A stretch of 64,000 bases of DNA from Phyllobates terribilis (taxonomy: Eukaryota). The DNA lies in NCBI RefSeq assembly GCF_046119375.1, contig NW_027362764.1, forward strand, positions 25,110,001-25,174,000, read 5' to 3'. Within the stretch, counting starts at the first letter, position 1, and every line of letters starts with the position of its first letter. The notes under the pieces were generated by a model. That model saw nothing but the letters and a program-made list of their open reading frames with translations. It had not been told where the DNA came from and ran no database searches. Shown here piece after piece: positions 13,452-24,796 of the stretch. The position numbers were made by a program, and so were the translations under genes.

Positions 13452-15825
13452 CCCCTTCCTGACGTGTGACCTAATAGTACATCATGGTGACCTGGACCAA
13501 TGACACATATTTGGTATCGCCGCGTCTGGAACGACTTGACCTATAAAACTGTCCCACTAGTTAACCCCTTTAGTGAACACGGTAAAAAAATAAATAAAGC
13601 AAAAAACAATGCTTTATCACCATACCGCCAAACAAAAAATGAAATAACACGCGATCAAAAAGACAAATATAAATAAAAATGGTACCGCTGAAAACATCAT
13701 GTTGTCCTGCAAAAAAACAAGCCGCCATACAGCTCCATCAGCCGAAAAATAAAAAACTTCTAGCTCTCAGAATAAAGCGATGCAAAAAAATATTTTTTTC
13801 TATAAAATAGCTTTTATTGTGTAAAAGCTCCAAAACATAGAAAAACGATATAAATGTGGTACCGCTGTAAACGTACTGACCCGAAGAATAAAGCCGCCTT
13901 ATCAATTTTACCACACGCGGAACAGCATAAAAAAATATATATATTTTTTTTGAATTGCTGGTTTTTGTTTATTCTGCCTCCCAAAAATCAGAATAGAAAG
14001 CGATCAAAAGATGTCACGTGCCTGAAAATTGCGCCAATAAAAACGTCAAGTCATCCCGCAAAAAACGAGCCGTCACATGACTGTCTGCCAAAATCTGGAA
14101 AAATTATAGCTCTCAAAATATGGCGATGCAAAAACTAGATTTTGCAAAAAAAAAAAAGTGTCTTTTAGTGTGTGACAGCTGTCAGTCATAAAAACCCCAT
14201 ATGAATCTGGTATCGCTGTAATCGCACCGACCTGAAGAATAAAGTCTTCTAATCACTTATACCGCACAAGGAACGGCGTAAAAAATAAACTCTCGGGTTA
14301 GGGTTAGGCTTGGCGTTGGGCTTGTGCTAGGGATTTTTTTCAAAAGTGTAAAAAAAAAAAAAACGATATGGCGACTATTGTTGAGCGCAAGTGCTCGCTA
14401 CTTGAGTTTGCATCGGGTGCTCGGGTATGCACCGAGTATCGCGGGTGCTCGAGTGACATGCTCGAGTCTCCGCCTCATATGCTTCGAGGCCAAAAAAAAC
14501 TCGCGGGGATTGCCTGCCATGCACGAGCGATCCCCCGCATGTTTTTTTTGGGTGTCTAATAACCGTGAAACATGTGGGCGGGGACTGGAGCATGTCACTC
14601 GAGCACACGCGATACATGGTGCATACCTGAGTACCCGATGCAAACTCAAGTAGCGAGTACTTGCGCTCAAGACTAATGACGACAACTTATTCAATATGAT
14701 GACCTAATGTTATCAAATTCTGTGTCGTACTTCTGGGTTCAAAATGTTCACTATACCCCTTGATAAAATCCTTGAGGGGTGTAGTTTCCAAAATGAGGTC
14801 ACTTGTGGGGGGTTTCCACTATTTAGGCACACAGGGGCTCTCCAAACGCGACATGGCGTCCGCTCTCGATTCCAGCCAATTTTGCGTTCAAAAAGTCACA
14901 CAGTTCTCCTTCCCTTCTGAACTCTGCCGTGCGCCCAAACACTGTATTTTCCCCACATATGGGGTATCGTCGTACTCAGGAGAAATTGCACAACAGTTTT
15001 TGGGGTCCATCCAAGAAATCCTCTTACCCTTGTGAAAATAAAAAATTGTGGCTAAAACATTATGTGGACAAAGTTTTTTTTTTTTTTTTTTTTAATTTTC
15101 ACGGCTCCATGTTATAAACTTCTCCAAGGTACCTGGGGGTTCAGGGTACTCACCATGCATCTAGATAAGTTCCCTGAGGGGTCTAGTTTCCAAAATGGAG
15201 TCACTTGTGGGGGGTTTCCACTGTTTGGGGAGCCCCTGATGTGCCTAAACGCATAATGGCGTCCGCTAATTATTCAAGCAAATTTTACATTCAGAAAGTC
15301 AAATGGCGCTCCTTCCCTTCCGAGCCCTGCCGTGCGCCCAAACAGTGGTTTTTCCCCACATATGGGGTATCTGCTAACTCAAGAGAAATTGCACAACAAA
15401 TTTTAGGGTCCATTTTTTCCTGTTACCCCTGCGCAAATAAAAAAAATATTGGGTCTAAAGTAACATTTTTGTGAAAAAAGTTAAATGTTAATTTTTTTTT
15501 CTTTCACATTCCAAAAATTCCTGTGAAGCACCTGAAGGGTTAATAAAGTTCTTGAATGTGGTTTTGAGCACCTTGAGGGGTGCAGTTTTTAGAATGGTGT
15601 CACTTTTGGGTATTTTCTGTCGTAAAGACCCCCTCAAAGTGACTTCAAATGTGATCTGGTCCCTAAAAAAAAAATGTTTTTTGTAAATTTTGTTGGAAAA
15701 ATGAGAAATCGCTGGTCAACTTTTAACCCTTATAGCTCCCTAATAAAAAAAAAATAAAAATTTGGTTCCAAAATTGTGCTGATGTAAAGTAGACATGTGG
15801 GAAATGTTATTTATTAACTATTTTG
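13452..15825. mobile_element. Non-autonomous DNA-transposon-like insertion beginning TTAA|CCCCTT (piggyBac-like terminus), right end truncated
   Basis: Starts at TTAA 13448-13451 exactly where CR1 ORF2 breaks; CR1 resumes ~15826. AT-rich and non-coding; no matching right terminus seen. Confidence 0.55.
14376..14675. mobile_element. hAT-type palindromic MITE (300 bp)
   Basis: Termini tattgttgagcgcaagtgctcgctacttgagtttgcatcggg / cccgatgcaaactcaagtagcgagtacttgcgctcaagacta; 8-bp TSD atggcgac/atgacgac (7/8). Confidence 0.85.
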
Positions 15826-16383
15826 TGTGCTCAATGATGACATTGGGGGGGCGCTGTGACAATGTAGAGTCAGTCTGGGTAAATGTACATGGGGATGGCC
15901 ATAATGGAAAGCTGCTGATTGGAGTTTGTTACAAGCCTCCTCATATAGCTGAGCTTGTAGGGGATGAAATGCTGGAGCAAATTAAAAATGCAGCAAATAA
16001 TAATAGGGTCCTTATTATGGGGGATGGTAACTATCCAGATACTCAATGGGACATAGTATCGTCCGGTTTTGCTAAAAGTTCTTATCTACAGTTCAGAACA
16101 ATGACCTCTCTCAGCTGTAGATGAACCGACCAGGGGAGGTGCTCTGCTGGGTCTGGTGCTCTGCTGGGTCTGGTGCTCTGCTGGGTCTGGTTTCAAATCT
16201 ACAAGTCCGGGAGTATTTGGAAAACAGCGACCATAATATGGTAAGATTCAATGTAATATTTAAAAAAAAAAAAAGAGAAATGCAAAAACCTGGAATTTAG
16301 GAAAGCTGATTTCAGCAAATTAAGGGAAGAGCTTAATCATGTAGACTGGGACCATGTCATGGTAACTGGGGATACCGAACATA
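15826..16383 (+). mobile_element. CR1-type LINE fragment 2 (ORF2 endonuclease continuation)
   Basis: NVESVWVNVHG..LIGVCYKPP..RVLIMGDGNYPD (degenerate YRPP and GDFN motifs), then PTRGGAL and SDHNMV remnants. Confidence 0.85.
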
Positions 16384-16470
16384 CAAGTGCGCTCACTAAA
16401 TTAGAATATCATCAAAAAGTTTATTTATTTCAGTTCTTCAATACAAAAAGTGAAACTCCTATATTATATA

Positions 16471-19400
16471 CACTGTGTTCCAAATTATTATGCAAATAAT
16501 AGTTTCTCAGATTTTCCCAAATTCCCTATATGAATTGCAGTCATTGTAATTTTCCAGTCAAATAACTATTAGAGGACAATTGAAAGGTTTTTGTATAATC
16601 TGCCGATGATAACAGGATATTTTTAAAAAATAAAACACTCAAGCTGCACTCAAAATGCATGTTCCAAATTATTATGCACAGCAGAGTTTTCAACCTTTTC
16701 ATTTTAATAAAGAACAAAAAAATGGTAATTTTTGCAATTATAAGCATTAGCAGGTTATTACACACTGAAATCAAACAGTTTACAACTCAAAACTTTATTC
16801 TAGGTGATGTTACATTTGCACATAGGACCCCTTGTTGGAAAGGAGCTTCTGAACTCTCTCGCCCATTGAATTTGTCAGGTTTTGGATGGTTTCTGCTTCA
16901 ATTGTTTTGCATGAGGACAGAATACCCTCCCAGAGCTGTTGCTTAGATGTGAACTGCCTCCCGCCATCATAGACACTCCTTTTGATGATGCTCCAGAGGT
17001 TCTCAATGGGGTAGAGGTCAGGGGAGCATGGGGGTCACACCATAAGTTTGTCCCCTTTTATGCCCATAGCAGCCAGAGATGCAGATGTGTTATGTGCAGC
17101 ATGAGACGGGGCATTATCATGCATGAAATGATCTCGATGGTCCAGATGGATGGAGTGGAGGATGGCTGGTTGATGGACACCTCATGCAAACACGGCTACG
17201 GCGCCAACAAGGAGGAGGTGGAGTAATGTTTTGGGCTGGAATCATGGGGAGAGAGATTGTCGGCCCTTTTAGGATCCCTGAAGGGGTAAAGATGAACTCC
17301 ATAATGTATGTTGAGTTTCTCAAACAGCACTTCCTTCCATGGTTCAAGAAGAAGAACCGTGTATTCCGCAGCAAGATCATTTTCATGCATGATAATGCCC
17401 CGTCTCATGCTGCACATAACACATCTGCATCTCGCTGCTATGGGCATAAAAGGGGACAAACTTATGGTGTGGCCCCCATGCTCCCCTGACCTCAACCCCA
17501 TTGAGAACCTCTGGAGCATCATCAAAAGGAGTGTCTATGATGGTGGGAGGCAGTTCACATCTAAGCAACAGCTCTGGGAGGGTATTCTGTCCTCATTAGT
17601 GTTGAGCGATACCTTCCGATATCAGGAAATATCGGATCGGATTGGACCGATTCCGATACCGGAAACCAATGCAAGTCAATGGGACACAAATATCGGAATG
17701 AAAATAAACCCTTTCTTTCCTTGTAGGTTAATTCTACATGAAGGAAAACAACTAACAATAATGTAAAATGTATTGGGGGAGGTGGTTGCCCAAATCGATG
17801 GGAACAGTGCTCACAGTGAAACATGAAAAGCGGCAATTCAGCAGCGGCATACACCGGTACCCGACAATTTAGAACAGAAAGAATAGAGCATCACACATAG
17901 ATTAGATAGATAGAAACATGCCAGTCACATATATAAGAAGTACAGTGATAGTGTTGCTTACTGTACTTGTCATTTAGTGTTAAAGGATTTATTAAAAAAA
18001 AAAATTGGCGTGGGGTTCCCCATAATTTTAGTCTCTAGCGGAGGTTAAGCAGACGGCTGGGGCAGATGTTTGAAGCCTGGGAAGGGGGTAATACCCACGG
18101 AGCTTCCCAGGCTACTAATATCAGCCCCCAGCTGAATACCTAGCCTTTACAAGCTATTAAAATGGGGGACCCCCAAAAAAATGATGTGGGGTCCCCCCTA
18201 TTTTAATAGCTAGCAAAGGCTAGGCAGACAGCTGGGGCTGATATTAATAGCCCAGGAAGGGTGCCATGAATATTGGCCCCCTCCCAGGCTAGAAACACCA
18301 GCCGTCAACCTCCCCAGAAATGGCGCATCCATAGGATGCGCCAATTCTGGCACTTAGCCTCGCTCTTCCCACTGCCCTGGTGCGGTGGCAGTGGGGTAAT
18401 AGTGGTGGGGTTCATGTCAGCTTATAATGTCAGCTGACATCAAGCCCAGGTTAGTAATGGAGAGGCGTCTATAAGACACCCCCATTACTAACCCCATAGT
18501 CAAAGTTAAAAAAAAACACAAACACCCAGAATAAAGTCCTTTAATTGAAATAAACACACAATTCTTTATTGTTCTAAATTAAACCATACTTACCGTCACG
18601 CCCATTCCAGCTGAAGCCAACGATCTCCTGCAATAAAAGTAAAATAATAAAGCAACCTCATCCTTACCTTTCCATGGTTCCCAGGACGGCTCCAGCTCTG
18701 CTACATCGAGATGACAGGCTGGACCGCAGCAGAACGCTGCCATCCAGCCTGTCATCCCGCAGACACTGAGAAGCGCAGGCTTGCTTGTGCTCCTCAGTGG
18801 CTCGCTGTGACGGCATAAAGATGAGCCGAGGTCATGTCCAATGAACTCGGCTCACCTCATGCACGTCACTGACAGTGTGGGAAAATTCTCCTGCACTCAG
18901 CGCTTCAGCGTGAGAATTTTCCCACGCTGTCAGTGACGTGCATGAGGCGAGTTCATGTCCAATGAACTCAGCTCACCTCATGTACGTCACTGACACAGCG
19001 TGGGAAAATTCTCCTGCATTCAGCGCTTCAGCGTGAGAATTTTCCCACGCTGTCAGTGACGTGCATGAGGTGAGGTCATGTCCAATGCACTCAGCTCACC
19101 TCATGTACGTCACTGACAGCGTGGGAGAATTCTCACGCTGAAGCGCTGAGTGCAGGAGAATTTTCCCACGCTGTCAGTGACGTACATGAGGTGAGCCGAG
19201 TTCATTGGACATGACCTCGGCTCATCTTTATGCTGTCACAGCGAGACACTGAGGCACGCAAGCATGCCTGCGCTTCTCAGTGTCTGTGGGATGACAGGCT
19301 GGATGGCGGCGTTCTGCTGCGGTCCAGCCTGTCATGTGAATGTAGCAGAGCTCAAGCTGTCCTGGGAACCATGGAAAGGTAAGGATGAGGTTGCTTTATT

Positions 19401-22400
19401 ATTTTTCTTTTATTGCAGGAGATCGTTGGCTTCAGCTGGAATGGGCGTGACGGTAAGTATGGTTTAATTTAGAACAATAAAGAATTGTGTCTTTATTTTA
19501 ATTAAAGGACTTTTTTCTGGGTGTTTGTGTTTTTTTTAAATACTTTACTAGAAATTCATGGCGGTCATGTCTAATATTGGCGTGACCCCATGAATTTCGG
19601 GCTTGGGGCCAGCTGATAATACCAAGCTGGCCCTAACCCCTTTATTACCCAGTGAGCCACCGCACCAGGGCCCTGGATGAGTTGGGTACAGCGCCAGAAG
19701 ATGGCGCTTCTATGAACGCGCCATTTTCCGGGGTGGCTGCGGACTGCAATTAGCAGGGGGGGGGGGGGGGGCAGAAAGCTTGGGCCTCCCTGCGCTGCAG
19801 ATTCCAGCCCCCAGCTGCCTAGTTGTACCTGGCTGGACACAAATATAGGGCGAAGCCCCACCTCAATTTTTTTTTAATTATTTCATGAATTTCCTGAAAT
19901 AATTTAAAAAAAAATTGACGTGGGGCTTCGCACTATATTTGTGTCCAGCCAGGTACAGCAGGCAGGAACGGGCTGCCCCCAACCACCAGCTGCCTATTTG
20001 TACCTGGCCGGACACAACAATATAGGGAAGCCCTTTTTTTCTTAATTATTTCATGAATTTCATGAAATAATTAAAAAAAAAAAATACGTGGGGCTTCGCC
20101 CTATTTTTGTGTCCAGCCAGGTACAACTAGGCAGCTGGGGGCTGGAATCTGCAGCGCAGGGAGGCCCAAGCTTTCTGGCCCCCCCCCCCCCCCCGGTGCA
20201 AATTGCAGTCCGCAGCCACCCCAGAAGTTCATAGAAGTGCCATCTTCTGGCGCTGTACCCAACTCATCCAGGGCCCTGGTGCGGTGGCTCACTGGGTAAT
20301 AAAGGGGTTAGGGCCAGCTTGGCATTATCAGCTGGCCCTAAGCCCGAAATTCATGGGGTCACTCCAATATTAGACATGACCGCCATGAATTTCTAGTAAA
20401 GTATTTAAAAAAACACAAACACCCAGAAAAAAGTCCTTTAATGGAAATAAAGACACAATTCTTTATTGTTCTAAATTAAACCATACTTACCGTCACGCCC
20501 ATTCCAGCTGAAGCCAACGATCTCCTGCAATAAAAGAAAAATAATAAAGCAGCATCGTCCCTACCTTTCCATGGTTCCCAGGACCGGTCCAGCTCTGCTA
20601 CATCGAGATGACAGGCTGGACCGCAGCAGAACGCTGCCATCCAGCCTGTCATCCCGCAGACACTGAGAAGCGCAGGCATGCTTGCGCTCCTCAGTGTCTC
20701 GCTGTGACGGCATCCAGATGAGCCGAGGTCATGTCCAATGAACTCGGCTCACCTCATGCACGTCACTGACAGCGTGGGAGAATTCTCCTGCACTCAGCGC
20801 TTCAGCGTGAGAATTTTCCCACGCTGTCAGTGACGTGAAGGAGGTGAGGTCATGTCCAATGAACTCGGCTCACCTCATGTACGTCACTGACAGCGTGGGA
20901 GAATTCTCACGCTGAAGCGCTGAGTGCAGGAGAATTCTCCCACGCTGTCAGTGACGTGCATGAGGTGAGCTGAGTTCATTGGACATGACCTCGGCTCATC
21001 TGGATGCCGTCACAGCCAGACACTGAGGAGGGCAAGCATGCCTGCGCTTCTCAGTGTCTGCGGGATGACAGGCTGGATGGCAGCGTTCTGCTGCGGTCCA
21101 GCCTGTCATCTCGATGTAGCAGAGCTGAAGCTGTCCTGGGAACCATGGAGAGGTAAGGATGATGCTGCTTTATTATTTTTCTTTTATTGCAGGAGATCGT
21201 TGGCTTCAGCTGGAATGGGCGTGATGGTAAGTATGGTTTAATTTAGAACAATAAAGAATTGTGTCTTTATTTCCATTAAAGGACTTTTTTCTGGGTGTTT
21301 GTGTTTTTTTGTAACTTTGACTATGGGGTTAGTAATGGGGGTGTCTTATAGACGCCTCTCCATTACTAACCTGGGCTTGATGTCAGCTGGCATTATAAGC
21401 GGACATCAACCCCAACCCTATTACCCCCTGCCACCGCACCAGGGCAGCGTGGAAGAGCGAGGCTAAGTGCCAGAATTGGGGCATCCTATGGATGCGCCAT
21501 TTCTGGGGCGGCTGACGGCTGGTGTTTCTAGCCTGGGAGGGGGCCAATATTCATGGCACCCTTCCTGGGCTATTAATATCAGCCCCCAGCTGTCTGCCTA
21601 GCCTTTGCTAGCTATTAAAATAGGGGGGACCCCACATCATTTTTTTGGGGGTCCCCCATTTTAATAGCTAGTAAAGGCTAGGTATTCAGCTGGGGGCTGA
21701 TATTAGTAGCCTGGGAAGCTCCGTGGGTATTACCCCCTTCCCAGGCTTCAAACATCTGCCCCAGCCGTCTGCTTAACCTCCGCTAGAGACTAAAATTACG
21801 GGGACCCCCACGCCAATTTTTTTTTTAATAAATCCTTTATTTTAACACTAAATGACAAGTACAGTAACCAACACTGTCACTGTACTTATTATATATGTGA
21901 CTGACATGTTTCTATCTATCTAATCTATGTGTGATGCTCTATTCTTTCTGTTCTAAATTGTCGGGTACCGGTGTATGCCGCTGATGAATTGCCGGCCGGC
22001 TTTTTTTAAGAGACGGTGCATGAAAACACTATTGTTTTTTTTAATAAATCCTTTACACTAAATGACAAGTACAGTAAGCTGAGCGCTGCCATCCAGCTTG
22101 TCATCCTTCAGAGACGCTGCAGAGCGCAGGCATTATGGGAACTTCCGATTCCGGTATTCGATATTCTAAAAGTATCGGAACTCGGTATCGGAATGCTCAA
22201 CACTAGTCCTCATGCAAAACAATTGAAGCAGAAACCATCCAAAACCTGACAAATTCAATGGACGAGAGAGTTCAGAAGCTCCTTTCCAACAAGGGGTCCT
22301 ATGTGCAAATGTAACATCACCTAGAATAAAGTTTTGAGTTGAAAACTGTTTGATTTCAGTTTGTAATAACCTGCTAATGCTTATAATTTCACAAATGACC

Positions 22401-22654
22401 ATTTTTTTGTTCTTTATTAAAATGAAAAGGTTGAAAACTCTGCTGTGCAGAATAATTTGGAACATGCATTTTGAGTGCAGTTTGAGTGTTTTATTTTTTT
22501 AAAAATATCCTGTTATCATCGGCAGATTATACAAAAACCTTTCAATTGTCCTCTAATAGTTATTTGACTGGAAAATTACAATGACTGCAATTCATATAGG
22601 TAATCTGTGAAAATCTGAGAAAATATTATTTGCATAATAATTTGGAACACAGTA
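16471..22654. mobile_element. Tc1-B: DD37E (TRT-like) fold-back derivative inserted in the left TIR of Tc1-A
   Basis: Termini cactgtgttccaaattattatgcaaataat / attatttgcataataatttggaacacagta with TA flanks. Transposase remnant [36 protein letters not shown]. Confidence 0.85.
17597..22205. mobile_element. hAT-type non-autonomous element (TIR TAGTGTTGAGC) with a 4.2-kb internal nested palindrome
   Basis: Perfect 8-bp TSD gtcctcat at 17589-17596 and 22206-22213; removal restores the Tc1-B transposase 3' sequence. Confidence 0.9.
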
Positions 22655-22667
22655 TAGTGTGACCAAG

Positions 22668-23190
22668 CCAGAGGGATCTATTATATAGAGTCATTACACA
22701 CAGAGGGATCTATTATATAGAGTCATTACATACAGAGGGATCTATTATATAGAGTCATTACACACAGAGGGATCTATTATATAGAGTCATTACACACAGA
22801 GGGATCTATTATATAGAGTCATTACACACAGAGGGATCTATTATATAGAGCCATTACACGCAGAGGGATCTATTATATAGAGCCATTACACGCAGAGGGA
22901 TCTATTATATAGAGCCATTACACGCAGAGGGATCTATTATATAGAGCCATTACACGCAGAGGGATCTATTATATAGAGTCATTACACGCAGAGGGATCTA
23001 TTATATAGAGTCATTACACGCAGAGGGATCTATTATATAGAGTCATTACACGCAGAGGGATCTATTATATAGAGTCATTACACGCAGAGGGATCTATTAT
23101 ATAGAGTCATTACACGCAGAGGGATCTATTATATAGAGCCATTACACGCAGAGGAATCTGTTATATAGAGCCATTACACACAGAGGGATC
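22668..23190. repeat. 32-bp tandem array (~16 units) within the left TIR of Tc1-A
   Basis: Unit tattatatagagtcattacacacagagggatc; the TIR resumes as tatttcacgtgtttatttc at 23191. Confidence 0.95.
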
Positions 23191-23357
23191 TATTTCACGT
23201 GTTTATTTCTGTTAATGTTGATGATTATGGCTTACAGCCAATGAGAACACAAGAGTCATTATCTCAGTAAATTAGAATAATTAACAAAAAAACAGCTGCA
23301 AAGGCTTCCTAAGCTTTTAAAGTGGTCCCTTAGTCTGTTTCAGTAGGTTCCACAATC

Positions 23358-24647
23358 ATAGGGAAGACTGCTGACTTGACAGATGTCCAGAAGGCAGTCA
23401 CTGACACACTCCACAAGGAGGGAAAGCCACAAAAGGTCATTGCTAAAGAATCTGTCTGTTCACACAGTGCTGTATCCAAGTAGATTAATGGAAAGTTGAG
23501 TGGAAGGAAAAAGTATGGTAGAAAAAGGTGCAGAAGCAACCGGGATAACCGCAGCCTGGAAAGGATTGTTAAGAAAAGGCCATTCAAACATTTGGATGAG
23601 ATTCACAAGGAGTGGACTGCTGCTGGAGTCATTGCTTCAAGAGCCACCACACACAGACGTATCCAGAACATGGGCTACAAGTGTCACATTCCTTGTGTCA
23701 ACCCACTCATGACCAATAGACAACGCCAGAAGCCTCTTACCTGGGCCAAGGAGAAGAAGACCTGGACTGTTCTCAGTGCTCCAAGGTGTTTTCAGATGAA
23801 AGTAAATTTTGCATTTCATTTGGAAATCAAGGTCCCAGAGTCTGGAGGAAGAGTGGAGAGGCCACAATCCAAGCTGCTGGAGGTCTGGTGTGAAGTCTCC
23901 ACAATCAGTGATGGTTTGGGGGGCCATGTCATCTGCTGGTGGAGGTCCACTGTGTTTTATCAAGACCAAAGTCAGCGCCGCCATCTACCAGGACATTTTA
24001 CAGCCCTTCATGCTTCCCTCTGCCGACAAGCTTTATGGAGATGGAAATGTCCTTCTCCAGCAGGACTTGGCCCCTGTCCACACGGCCAAAAGTACCAATA
24101 CCTCGTTTACACACAACAGTATCACTGTGCTTGATTGGCAGCAAACTCGCCTGACCTTAACCCCATAGAGAATCTATTATAGAGAATCTATGGGGTATTG
24201 TCAAGAGGAAGATGAGAGACCCCAGACCCAACAATGCAGACGAGCTGAAGGCTGCTATCAAAGCCACCTGGGCTTCCATAACACCTCAGCAGCCACAGGC
24301 TGATCCCTCCATGCCACAGGCTGATCCCTCCATGCCACAGGCTGATCCCTCCATGTCACAGGCTGATCCCTCCATGCCACAGGCTGATCCCTCCATGCCA
24401 CAGGCTGATCGCCTCCATCCCAAAGGCTGATCCCTCCATGCCACAGGCTGATCGCCTCCATGCCACAGGCTGATCGCCTCCATGCCACAGGCTGATCCCT
24501 CCATGCCACAGGCTGATCGGCTCCATGCCACAGGCTGATCGCCTCCATGCCACAGGCTGATCCCTCCATGCCACAGGCTGATCCCTCCATGCCACATTGC
24601 CGCACTGATGCAGTAATTGATGCACAAGGAGCCCGACCAAGTATTGA
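23358..24647 (+). pseudogene. Tc1-A transposase pseudogene (DD34E)
   Basis: Mutated start (ATA-GGG-AAG-ACT), HTH region, [28 protein letters not shown] remnants with 34-aa D-E spacing, ends PTKY*. Multiple frameshifts. Confidence 0.88.
24292..24595. repeat. 21/22-bp tandem array (~14 units) inside the Tc1-A transposase 3' end
   Basis: Unit gccacaggctgatc(g)cctccat, bounded by gccac direct repeats. Confidence 0.93.
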
Positions 24648-24796
24648 GGCATTTACTGAACAGACATTTCAGATTTTAAAAACCTTTTTCCAGCTGGTGC
24701 TATTAAGTATTCTAATTTACTGAGATAATGAGTTTCACGTTTTCATTGGCTGTAAGCCATAATCATCAACATTAACAGAAATAAACACGAGAAAGA

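Noticed and set aside
14293-14308. Interstitial telomere (gggttagggttagg)
   Set aside because: Only ~2 units, embedded in a transposon-like repeat.
19264-21241. Three paralogous 67-aa ORFs (MPALLSVCGMTGW..)
   Set aside because: Copies of the X module of the nested palindrome; repetition reflects inverted duplication, not a gene family.
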